Shown: positions 1-8,313, counted from the first letter of the stretch. The stretch is 17,930 bases of DNA from an uncultured archaeon (GCA_964631415.1 CAZVZC010000021.1:17225-35154); one strand, 5' to 3'. Notes: generated by a model from the letters alone, not told the origin. Made by a program: numbers and translations.

Positions 1-670
1 GGTGATATTTCGCACTCCGCCACTCGAAAAAAGAGCAAAGGGAGCACTCATGCTCTCTGTTGCTTTTAGCAACGCTATCTTCCTGCCTGTTCCTCTGGTC
101 CTCATCTTCATTGGGCCTGAGGGAATACCGGCAGTGACCTTCTTCACTGTGACTCAACTTAGTCTCTTGGCTTTCGTTGGACCTGTAGTGGGATCTGTCT
201 ACGGCGGCAAGCCGGATTGGCGGTTCGCCTTGAAGAAGACTCTCCTCTTTCCTCCTCTCTTGGCTGTGTTCGCGGCTCTTGGCTTAGCAGCCCTTGGTGT
301 GGCTCTGCCTCCGGTTGTACTGTCGGTCCTCTCGATAAATGGCACCGTGACCACCTACTTGGCCTTGTTTGAGGTCGGCATCGGTGTGGGCCATCGTTTC
401 TCGCTGTTCGACATCCGAAATGCCTTGGAGGCTGTGGCCATCCGGCAGCTCATATTGCCTGCAATCATCATCGTCATTGTGGTCTTCCTCGGTCTCTCTG
501 AGATTACCACCAAAGTGATGATACTTGAGGCCTTGATGCCCTCTGCTGTGACAGTCGTGATCTATGCGGCAGGCCTTGGTCTTGATTCGGAGCTGGCTGC
601 GACTGTCGTCACACTGGGCACCTTCCTGCTACTGCCTGTGATACCTCTACTGCCGATTCTACTCGCGTAG
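1..670 (+). CDS. AEC (auxin efflux carrier / malate permease-like) family membrane transporter, 5'-truncated by the window edge
   Basis: Highly hydrophobic multi-TM ORF with family-like motifs 'FSNAIFLPVP', 'LLFPPLLA' and 'ILEALMPSAVTVVIYA...LAATVVTLGTFL'. Frame is open at the window start. Confidence 0.8.
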   Translation, partial: VIFRTPPLEKRAKGALMLSVAFSNAIFLPVPLVLIFIGPEGIPAVTFFTVTQLSLLAFVGPVVGSVYGGKPDWRFALKKTLLFPPLLAVFAALGLAALGVALPPVVLSVLSINGTVTTYLALFEVGIGVGHRFSLFDIRNALEAVAIRQLILPAIIIVIVVFLGLSEITTKVMILEALMPSAVTVVIYAAGLGLDSELAATVVTLGTFLLLPVIPLLPILLA

Positions 671-759
671 TGTCTGTACAGTCCATTGAGTTCAGGTTCC
701 TACGACCATGTTTCTCATCCTAAGGCATATATCGCAGTGCGGTTGTCAGTCCGCTGTAG

Positions 760-1092
760 GTGACCAGATTGAGTGAGAAGGGCCCTCAAGAGGAGAGGAA
801 TCCTGAGAAGATCAAGAGGTCTCTTGATGAAGTAGTGCACCAGCTCAATCAGGAATCGGGCTCGAGTCAGAGCTGGGGAGAAACAATGTCTGAGAACCGA
901 GAGGAATGGGAGGCCCTGAAGAAGAGGATTCAGGAGCGCCAGAGGGCTTTGAAAGCGCTTGTGCGAGAAAAGAAGGCCGGGACCATCAGCACAGAGGAGT
1001 TCGAGAAGAGATACAAGATAATCCAAGACGAACTCACGGAGCTTGAGTTCAAGGTCTACAACCTGCGTCTTGGCACGAGCATAAAGGCATGA
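760..1092 (+). CDS. Small coiled-coil hypothetical protein with a SHOCT-like 'GxIsxEEF' motif
   Basis: 110-aa charged, helical ORF ('ALKALVREKKAGTISTEEFEKRYK'). TATA-like CATATAT at about 726-732 precedes the GTG start. Confidence 0.65.
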   Translation: MTRLSEKGPQEERNPEKIKRSLDEVVHQLNQESGSSQSWGETMSENREEWEALKKRIQERQRALKALVREKKAGTISTEEFEKRYKIIQDELTELEFKVYNLRLGTSIKA

Positions 1093-1109
1093 TAGAGGCT
1101 CTGGTCATC

Positions 1110-2186
1110 CTACTCTGCTCTGGAACGTTGAATCAGAAGCACGGTTTCTATTGCAACAATCACTGCAAACAGTCCAGACAGCACAGCTAGTGCTAGGTTC
1201 ATGGGAGCACTTGATCCGGTACTTCCTTTGAGATCGAGAGCCGAGGTGAGGGCTCCAAGGTTGTATGTCATGAGAGAAAGATAGTCCGAGAGTCCTGAGA
1301 AGAAAATGGTGTTCCACCACACCAGAGTCCCACCGTAGTCCATTGCCATCTGATTTGCGAACTGCCCACCGCTCTGCAGACGGGCCACATCCGATCCCAC
1401 GATCAACTGGATGGTGCCGTTCTGAAGGGCTTCTTGGACCCGCAAGAGTTCACCAGCCGATATGAACACTCCCTCAACTTGGAGAACAGCATCGCACTGG
1501 ATGCCAAACGTTTCCGCAACATACGTTTCCTCAGCGAACACTGCCACGGCATGCATACCAGAGAAGTGATAGACCGTGTTCTTCGTGGTGACAAGATTAC
1601 CGAAGGTTTCTATGTCCTCTATGAACCGTTCAAGGTTAGTATCTAGGACCTCGGACATGGTTGAGTTGATGGTTGTCAGTGCTGCCCGTGTGGCATTTGC
1701 TATGGCCTTGGCGTTCTTTGGCAGCAGCCAGTAGCCGTGGGGGTTACCCTCATCTTGATTCTGGGCAGTCGTGTTTCCGTTCACACCTGTTCCTGGCATG
1801 GGGGAGAGTTTTGCTCCGAAGTCCACATACCGGGCAATCGCACCTTGGTCATCGAAACTGATGAAGGGCTTTCCCGTTTGGCTGGCGAGATCAGGCTCCC
1901 AAGGGAAGTGGCCTGTGAACACCAGCAAGTCCGCGGCGCTAGCTGCATTCAATGCGTCAGTGGGCAGCTGCGAAACATGAGGTTCGGTTCCTTCGGGCAG
2001 AAGGATCGAGGTCTCGACGTAGATTCCTCCCACTCTAGCCACTATTCCGGCGAGTGGAGCTATCGAGGAAGCGACCTTCAGAACAGATTGACTTCGGGCT
2101 TCTGCTACTGTGGGGACTGCAAGAACGGCAATCGGAACAAATAGCAGGGATACAACGAGGACCACTTCGAATCTTCTCGTTCTCAG
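1110..2186 (-). CDS. znuA: Metal ABC transporter substrate-binding protein (ZnuA/TroA, cluster A-I) with signal peptide and C-terminal TM anchor
   Basis: Motifs 'VASSIAPL', 'PEGTEPH', 'ADLLVFTG', 'NPHGYWLLP' and a hydrophobic C-terminal anchor. The ORF track starts at GTG 2165. An in-frame CTG at 2186, preceded by GGAGG, adds the basic n-region MRTRRFE. Confidence 0.85.
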   Translation of the reverse strand: MRTRRFEVVLVVSLLFVPIAVLAVPTVAEARSQSVLKVASSIAPLAGIVARVGGIYVETSILLPEGTEPHVSQLPTDALNAASAADLLVFTGHFPWEPDLASQTGKPFISFDDQGAIARYVDFGAKLSPMPGTGVNGNTTAQNQDEGNPHGYWLLPKNAKAIANATRAALTTINSTMSEVLDTNLERFIEDIETFGNLVTTKNTVYHFSGMHAVAVFAEETYVAETFGIQCDAVLQVEGVFISAGELLRVQEALQNGTIQLIVGSDVARLQSGGQFANQMAMDYGGTLVWWNTIFFSGLSDYLSLMTYNLGALTSALDLKGSTGSSAPMNLALAVLSGLFAVIVAIETVLLIQRSRAE

Positions 2187-2205
2187 AAGCCTCCTTAGGC
2201 CGACT

Positions 2206-2291
2206 CGATATTAACAAGTTCGGAATTCTTATTAGGATTCCGGACCACTCCGTACTCACTGACTCCGTTGTGCCATGACAATCCAGTCAGT
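2206..2291. promoter_or_regulatory. Divergent znuA/nikR promoter region with inverted repeats (candidate operator)
   Basis: CGGAATTCT-TATT-AGGATTCCG (2221-2242, one mismatch) is centred on an AT-rich TATA-like core. A second inverted repeat ACTGACT...AGTCAGT lies at 2258-2264/2285-2291. Confidence 0.5.
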
Positions 2292-2311
2292 TTCACATTG
2301 TGGTGTTTGAA

Positions 2312-2707
2312 TTGGCGATAGTCGCAGTATCCATGCCGGACTCTGATCTCAATGAGCTTGAGCGGCTCCAGAGTGACGGCGGCTTCTCAAGCAGGTCTGA
2401 GGTGGTCAGACACGCGCTCCAGTCTCTTCTGGCTGAGCACCGGACTCTCGAACAGGCGGTGGGCGAGATCACTGCTGTCTTCACAGTGACCTACGCCGAG
2501 AAGGGAAAGGATGACGAGTGTGATGATGTCCAGCACGACTACAGCAGAATGGTGACGGCTGTCATGCACGTTCATGCCACAGACGGCGGCTGCGTTGAGG
2601 TCATGCTGGTCAAGGGTACTGCAGCTGGAGTGAGGGACTTCATGAAGAAACTCCGGACGCTGAAGAAGGTCGTCAGGGTCCAAGTGAATCTTGTTGGGGC
2701 GTCTTGA
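2312..2707 (+). CDS. nikR: NikR-family ribbon-helix-helix metal-responsive transcriptional regulator
   Basis: N-terminal RHH 'AIVAVSMP...GFSSRSEVVRHAL'. C-terminal 'QHDY...MHVHATDGGCVEV' keeps the His..HxH..Cys ligand pattern of E. coli NikR (H76, H87, H89, C95). Probable TTG start at 2312 (track start 2300). Confidence 0.88.
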   Translation: MAIVAVSMPDSDLNELERLQSDGGFSSRSEVVRHALQSLLAEHRTLEQAVGEITAVFTVTYAEKGKDDECDDVQHDYSRMVTAVMHVHATDGGCVEVMLVKGTAAGVRDFMKKLRTLKKVVRVQVNLVGAS

Positions 2708-2708
2708 C

Positions 2709-3512
2709 ATGGAACCGAAGCTACTGTTCGACGTCGCAGATCTTGCCGTGAGGTATCCCAATGGTGAGGTCGCACTACATGATGTCACCTTCAGAGTGAA
2801 GGCCCCGACCTTCATGGCCATCATCGGGCCAAATGGGTCAGGGAAGAGCACGTTTCTCAAGACAGCATTGGGCATGCTGAAACCGCTCAAGGGCCACGTG
2901 AAGGTTCTTGGCTATGACTCGATGCATGACAAGGGGAAAATAAGACGACTGGTGCGATACGTTCCCCAGAGAGACAGAATTGGCCTGAGTGTGCCCATGA
3001 AGGTCAAGGACATAGTGCTGATGGGGCGCCTGTTGAAGAAGATGCCCCTTAGATTCGCATCTTCTCGTGACATCGAAATAGCTCACAATGCATTGAAGCA
3101 GGTCAACATGGTTGACATGTGGAACCGGCCTTTTCCCGATCTCTCGGGAGGACAGCGTCAGAGGGTGCTTGTAGCTAGAGCACTGGCAGAAGAGGGGCAG
3201 ATACTCATGCTCGACGAGCCTCTCAGTGGGACCGATGTGGAGAGTCAGGATCTCATAGTCCAAGCTCTTGAGGAGTATCATCAGAACAACGAGGTCAACA
3301 TTGTAGTAGTGACCCATGACCTCAATCCACTACACACGATGGTCGAGAATGTGTTGCTGCTCAAGGGCACCGTTGTAGGCATTGGCGAGCCCTGCAGCAT
3401 GATGGACCCTGAACTCATCACCCGCGTCTACGGGCCATCTGCCAAGATTGTCGAATATGGAGGACACAGGTATTGTGTGACCAAGGACTCTGGATTTGAT
3501 CGCCATGATTGA
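2709..3512 (+). CDS. znuC: Metal ABC transporter ATP-binding protein (ZnuC/MntB-like)
   Basis: Walker A GPNGSGKST, Q-loop YVPQR, signature LSGGQRQR, Walker B MLDEP and H-loop VTHD. ATG at 2709 follows the nikR stop directly. Confidence 0.92.
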   Translation: MEPKLLFDVADLAVRYPNGEVALHDVTFRVKAPTFMAIIGPNGSGKSTFLKTALGMLKPLKGHVKVLGYDSMHDKGKIRRLVRYVPQRDRIGLSVPMKVKDIVLMGRLLKKMPLRFASSRDIEIAHNALKQVNMVDMWNRPFPDLSGGQRQRVLVARALAEEGQILMLDEPLSGTDVESQDLIVQALEEYHQNNEVNIVVVTHDLNPLHTMVENVLLLKGTVVGIGEPCSMMDPELITRVYGPSAKIVEYGGHRYCVTKDSGFDRHD

Positions 3513-4434
3513 CATAATCATTCCACCATTCCTCATGCGTGCAGTGATTGGTGCAGTGCTCATTGCTGTCGTTGCATCTACTAGTGGGACCTTTCTTGTG
3601 TTCCGGGGTCTCTCGTTCATGGCTTCGGGTGTGGCTCATGCGGCGCTGGGCGGAGCGGCCCTCGGGCTGTTCCTCCAATACTCCGGCATTGCTCCCTGGT
3701 TTGACCCCATACTAGGTGCACTGCTCTTCAGTGTCTTTGTTGCATTGGTGACTGGCTATGCAGGTGAGTCCGGCATAACGGAGAGGATGGAGGTCGCTGT
3801 GGGGGTTTCATTTGCTCTCTCTATGAGTATCGCTGTCTTCCTCATGTACTACATCCCGCCAACTCAGGTCCCGCAGATATGGGGCTACTTGATAGGCGAC
3901 ATCCTTCTTCTTCTCGACTTCGACATAGTCATGCTTGCGGGGACTGCTCTGCTGGTCCTGATTGTCACACTCATGTTCAACAAGGAGTTTGTCTACGTCA
4001 GCGTGGACATGGAAGGGTCCTTGGCACACGGACTGAATGCTCGTGCGTATCACTACCTGATGCTCATCGTGTTTGCACTTGCCATTGCGCTTGCCACGAA
4101 GGCGGTTGGCGCAATCTTGGTCTATGCAATAATGGTCGCACCTGCCGCGGCTTCGAATGAGCTTGTCCGGTCCGTGAGAGGAGTCATCGTGGCTGTATTC
4201 TGCATAGCCCTTCTCTCCGAGCTCACCGGCCTTGCTGCATCATTTGCGTTCAGAGCCTCACCCAGCGCAATAGCGGGTATACTGGCTGCACTATCATACG
4301 TGGTTGCCCTGCAGATCAAGAAGATGCACGAGAGAGCAAACGGTCGAGTAGGCTTTTTGAGTACGCCCTCGGACGTGACTGAGGGAGCTCATGAAACCGA
4401 CTTGTCTCAGTCGGACTCCAGTCACAGCGATTGA
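3505..4434 (+). CDS. znuB: Metal ABC transporter permease (ABC-3 / ZnuB family)
   Basis: Motifs 'GTFLVFRGLSFMASGVAHAALGG', 'YLIGDIL' and 'KAVGAILVYAIMVAPAA'. Overlaps the ATPase stop codon. Confidence 0.92.
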   Translation: MIDIIIPPFLMRAVIGAVLIAVVASTSGTFLVFRGLSFMASGVAHAALGGAALGLFLQYSGIAPWFDPILGALLFSVFVALVTGYAGESGITERMEVAVGVSFALSMSIAVFLMYYIPPTQVPQIWGYLIGDILLLLDFDIVMLAGTALLVLIVTLMFNKEFVYVSVDMEGSLAHGLNARAYHYLMLIVFALAIALATKAVGAILVYAIMVAPAAASNELVRSVRGVIVAVFCIALLSELTGLAASFAFRASPSAIAGILAALSYVVALQIKKMHERANGRVGFLSTPSDVTEGAHETDLSQSDSSHSD

Positions 4435-4550
4435 TTGTTCGGCAGACCTGTCAGACATGTTGCCATGGAATGGAGTCAAGCGCAACTATTCGGCGGTATG
4501 TTTAAGTGAGGCATGGGGTTCCGGCGGCGCCAAGGTCGGTGAGAACGGCT

Positions 4551-4943
4551 GTGAGTGACGAAACCCCTGAGCGTGGCGAGGTCATAAAATCCTCAATCAT
4601 CACGATTGTCCTTGTCGTGATCTTCCTGTCTCTCGCGATTGCCTTCTGGGCGTGGTCCGCCCCTGACATCACCAGCCCCGTCAAGTACTTGAACGCCGTG
4701 AATCCATACATCGCTGTTGTCCTTGAGATTATGTTCATGTTTGGTTTCTTCGTGTTCGCCACCGTGACAATCGTAAACATCAAGCTCGCACTCACCCGGT
4801 TACGTGCTGGGTGGACTGAGATTGTCCTCATGCTGATACTCGAAGTACTCTTGTCGTTCTTGATGTTCGGCTCTGGTGTGGGGTCGGCGAGCGTGGTCCT
4901 CTGTCTTGCCTTTGTAGTGTACCTCTACCTGCTTCAGGACTGA
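4551..4943 (+). CDS. Hypothetical small integral membrane protein (about 4 TM helices)
   Basis: Four hydrophobic segments. Probable GTG start at 4551 downstream of TTTAAG (4501-4506). Track start is 4506. Confidence 0.7.
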   Translation: MSDETPERGEVIKSSIITIVLVVIFLSLAIAFWAWSAPDITSPVKYLNAVNPYIAVVLEIMFMFGFFVFATVTIVNIKLALTRLRAGWTEIVLMLILEVLLSFLMFGSGVGSASVVLCLAFVVYLYLLQD

Positions 4944-5156
4944 CATGCATCTCCGGTTTGCTCATTTCCGAACAAAGGTAGCACCAGAAGGTTTATGTGG
5001 CGAGCCCAAGGTAAGCCCTCTTAGTCCAGTGGCAGAATTGCTGATTGCTGGCTGCATCGAGAGAATCGCGGTCAACTGGCCGGACCTGTTAGCATTGCCC
5101 GCTCTGAGGTTCTGACTTCCGACAGTTGCAGCGAGTACTACTTGGAGGACATGATT

Positions 5157-5891
5157 GTGTTTGGAATCAGCGGCGCCGGCTATGACATGAGCACAAGCAT
5201 ATTCAGCCCAGACGGCCGCATCTTCGCCGCAGAGTATGCTAAGAAGGCGGTTGAGCAAGGCGCGACATCGATAGGCATTCTCGTCAATGATGGTGTGATT
5301 CTCTTGGCTGAGAAGAAGATGATGCCGCTGCAGGAACCTGACAGTGTCGAGAAGATCACAAAGGTCGACGACCATGTTGGAGTGGCCACGTCAGGGTTCA
5401 TGGCAGATGCACGTCGTTTGATTGAGGAAGCGAGGATCAAGGCACAGTCCTACTGGCTGACATACGAGGAACCGATTCCCGCGGAGACCTTGGCCGAACA
5501 CATATGCGATATCAAGTCACTCTTCACTCTGGACGCGAGAGGGCGTCCCTTTGGTGTCGCGATGATAATCGGGTCTGTCGATGCAGACAGTCAACCCCAT
5601 CTGTTTGTGACTGACCCAGTCGGGACCTACTTCGGTTTCCTAGCTGCAGTGATTGGGCGTGGCAGCACTCGGGCGGGAGAGTACCTAGAGAAGCAGTACA
5701 AGCGCAAGTTGAAGCTCTCGCAGGCAGTCGGTCTCGCGCTCGACGCACTTCGTCAAGCGACCGAAACTGCCCTGACCTCTGAGAACGTGGAGATTGCGAG
5801 GATAGCAGTCAACGACCGTCAATTCTACAGGTTCTCTCGGTCAGAGATAGACGGTTTCTTGGCGCCACCGAAGTCCGAGAAGAAGCCCTAA
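5157..5891 (+). CDS. psmA: 20S proteasome alpha subunit (divergent)
   Basis: Motifs 'YDMSTSIFSPDGRIF', 'GATSIGI', 'EKITKVDDHVG..SG..ADAR', 'RPFGV' and 'TDPVG'. GGAGG at 5144-5148 fits GTG 5157 (ATG 5151 is an alternative). Confidence 0.95.
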   Translation: MFGISGAGYDMSTSIFSPDGRIFAAEYAKKAVEQGATSIGILVNDGVILLAEKKMMPLQEPDSVEKITKVDDHVGVATSGFMADARRLIEEARIKAQSYWLTYEEPIPAETLAEHICDIKSLFTLDARGRPFGVAMIIGSVDADSQPHLFVTDPVGTYFGFLAAVIGRGSTRAGEYLEKQYKRKLKLSQAVGLALDALRQATETALTSENVEIARIAVNDRQFYRFSRSEIDGFLAPPKSEKKP

Positions 5892-5895
5892 GGAG

Positions 5896-6642
5896 TTGAA
5901 TGAAAGGTTGATGGGCTATGGTAGCAGAGGCATCAAGAGCGGCGAAAAGTGGCTTGATCTTGACGCTGTGGTCATAGGCATTCAGAAGGGGCATCTCCGG
6001 TTTGAGCTGCTTGTGAATCCTGACCTCGCTTTCAGATACAGGCGTGGAGAGGATGTTCCACTTGAGGACATACTGAAGGCCTACGAGATATATGAGGACG
6101 CCATGCGAGGTGACCACGCGTCAGAAGACTCAGTCAAGGACACCTTCGGGACCAGCGAGATATTCGAGATAGCACCTGAGATCATAAAACATGGCGAATT
6201 CAAGCTCACACATGATCAGCGGGAGCAGCTTCTGAAGGAGAAGACGGAGGCCATAATAGCGAACATCGCCAAAGGGGCGATGAATCCGCAGACAGGTCAC
6301 CCTCACCCTCCTGAGAGGATTCGCCAAGCGATGCAGGAGGCCAAGGTACGCATCGACCCATTCATCAAAGTTGACGAACAGGTGGCGAATGTTATAAAGG
6401 CCCTCCGCACTATCATCCCCATATCATTCGACAGTGTCAAGCTGAGGATAATGATTCCAGCGGCTTACTCGGGTAAGGGCTACAACATGGTGGCCAATGT
6501 TGGCGTGATTAGGTCTGAGAGTTGGGAACAAGACGGCTCGTGGACTGGGGTGGTCGAGATGCCTCCTTCAGGGAGGCAGGCACTGTACGACGAGCTGAAC
6601 AAGCTCTCGAAAGGGCAGGTGCGAATCGAGCTCGTCAGGTAG
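5896..6642 (+). CDS. sdo1: Ribosome maturation factor SBDS/Sdo1
   Basis: Motifs 'RFELLVNPD', 'FGTSEIFEIA..IIKHGE' and 'NPQTGHPHPPERIRQAMQEAK'. Canonical position after psmA. Start is TTG 5896 or ATG 5911. Confidence 0.95.
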   Translation: MNERLMGYGSRGIKSGEKWLDLDAVVIGIQKGHLRFELLVNPDLAFRYRRGEDVPLEDILKAYEIYEDAMRGDHASEDSVKDTFGTSEIFEIAPEIIKHGEFKLTHDQREQLLKEKTEAIIANIAKGAMNPQTGHPHPPERIRQAMQEAKVRIDPFIKVDEQVANVIKALRTIIPISFDSVKLRIMIPAAYSGKGYNMVANVGVIRSESWEQDGSWTGVVEMPPSGRQALYDELNKLSKGQVRIELVR

Positions 6643-6721
6643 TCCTCGCACGAAGCCCAAGCATTGATGATCATTCACAGATGATAAAGACAGAACTACA
6701 CAATGAGGGAATGGAAATACA

Positions 6722-7474
6722 TTGGCAGGCATATTCTTTCAAAAGAGAGAGATAGTTGTCCCGGGCCAGCTCTTAGCCGAGGGAAGATATCAGCCATCCA
6801 CGGGGACCTACTCAGACATTGATGGGAAGATATTCTCAGCCCTAGTAGGTCTTGCAGAGCTGCGGGGAAACACAGTCAAAGTGGTCGCACTTGAGGGTGT
6901 CTATATCCCTCGGGAAGGCGACCTCGTGATTGGAACGGTGACCATGGTCGCCGGTAACAACTGGAAAATCGACATTGGCGGTCCCTACGGTGCATCACTC
7001 CATGCCAACAACGCATTGAGGCGCCCATACGATGAGGACATCTCTCATTACATGGATATTGGCGATGTGGTGTCCGCCGAAGTGTTAACCTTCGACAGGA
7101 ACAGCGGGCCGTTTCTTTCGATGAAGGGCCGGGGTTTCAGGAAGCTCACTGACGGTATGGTTCTGGAAGTGAGTCCTGCGAAGATCCCCCGGATCATCGG
7201 AAGGAGGGGTTCTATGATCAACATGATCAAGGACAAGATACGCATACAGACAGTGGTGGGTCAGAATGGCAGAATCTGGATTCGCGCCGCCGACTTACCA
7301 ACTCTGCGTCTTGCCATCAAGGCCTTCAAGATGATTGAGGAACAGGCCCACACGTCAAATCTGACTGACAGGATTGCTGCAATGCTTGAGGAGGAGAGGG
7401 GCAAGCTGAAGGGAACCGAGAGTACACATGTTGAGAAAAATGAGAGTGACACTCACAAGGAGGACTTGAGATAG
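6722..7474 (+). CDS. rrp4: Exosome RNA-binding cap subunit Rrp4
   Basis: Motifs 'VVPGQLL', S1 'YIPREGDLVIG', KH 'PAKIPRIIGRRGSMINM' and 'VGQNGRIWI', 'IEEQAHTSNLTDRI'. Confidence 0.96.
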   Translation: MAGIFFQKREIVVPGQLLAEGRYQPSTGTYSDIDGKIFSALVGLAELRGNTVKVVALEGVYIPREGDLVIGTVTMVAGNNWKIDIGGPYGASLHANNALRRPYDEDISHYMDIGDVVSAEVLTFDRNSGPFLSMKGRGFRKLTDGMVLEVSPAKIPRIIGRRGSMINMIKDKIRIQTVVGQNGRIWIRAADLPTLRLAIKAFKMIEEQAHTSNLTDRIAAMLEEERGKLKGTESTHVEKNESDTHKEDLR

Positions 7475-7477
7475 AGA

Positions 7478-8311
7478 ATGAGTCCAGAAACTAGACCTGA
7501 CTTTCTTATCAACCCTGAAGGCCTGAGGTTGGATGGGCGGAGACCTGATGAACTGAGACAGATTGAGCTTGAGTGTGGCGTGCTGAAGACAGCCGATGGG
7601 TCGGCCTCAATACGACAGGGCAAGACCTACATCTTGGCTGCAGTGTACGGCCCCAGAGAGCTTCATCCAAGACACTTGGCGTTGAATGACAGAGCATTCC
7701 TGAGATGCGTCTATCGAATGGCGACCTTTTCCGTGCCCGACAGGAAGCGAGCTGCTCCATCCCGTCGGGAACGAGAGATTTCGATGGTCATGGGCAATGC
7801 ACTGGAGCCCGCATTATTCTTGGAGGAGTTCCCAAAGGCTGTTGTCGACGTCTTCATCCAAGTTATCCAGGCTGATGGTGGGACCCGTTGTGCGTCTATC
7901 ACCGCAGCGTCGCTTGCGTTGGCAGATGCAGGTATCCCGATGCGCAGTCTGGTTCCCGCGGTTGCGGTCGGAAAGGCTGACGGCAAGCTCCTCCTCGATC
8001 TCGGTGACGAGGAAGACAAGTATGGTCAGGGTGATATTCCCATTGCCATCATCCCCCGTACTGAAGAACTGACACTGCTCCAGCAGGACGGCTCTTTCAC
8101 TCGTGAGGAGTTCCTAGAAGCACTCCAGATGGGGATCAATGGCTGCAAATACATCCACGAACTCCAGAAGGACGCCCTCAAGAGAGCCTATGCTAAGAGG
8201 GCTCCAGAGGGCTCGGAGGAAGAGGAAGAAGAGGACGCTGGCGCGGAGTACGATGACGACCTCGAAACGGACCTCGGCGAGTCTGAATATGACGAAGGAG
8301 AGGATGAGTAG
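7478..8311 (+). CDS. rrp41: Exosome phosphorolytic subunit Rrp41 with acidic C-terminal tail
   Basis: Motifs 'RLDGRRPDELR', 'AVYGPRE', phosphate-binding 'QADGGTRCAS' and catalytic 'DLGDEED'. Confidence 0.97.
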   Translation: MSPETRPDFLINPEGLRLDGRRPDELRQIELECGVLKTADGSASIRQGKTYILAAVYGPRELHPRHLALNDRAFLRCVYRMATFSVPDRKRAAPSRREREISMVMGNALEPALFLEEFPKAVVDVFIQVIQADGGTRCASITAASLALADAGIPMRSLVPAVAVGKADGKLLLDLGDEEDKYGQGDIPIAIIPRTEELTLLQQDGSFTREEFLEALQMGINGCKYIHELQKDALKRAYAKRAPEGSEEEEEEDAGAEYDDDLETDLGESEYDEGEDE

Positions 8312-8313
8312 GA

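Noticed and set aside
4551-4943. Small membrane proteins (here and at 16295-16744) as the missing ECF S component
   Set aside because: Each has only about 4 TM helices, whereas S components have about 6, and neither is adjacent to the ecf genes.
6656-6709. Box C/D guide sRNA between SBDS and rrp4 (TGATGA...ATGA...ATGA)
   Set aside because: The D boxes are ATGA rather than CTGA, C' is poor with no spacer, and I cannot identify a target. It could equally be an AT-rich promoter. A snoscan-type search would settle it.
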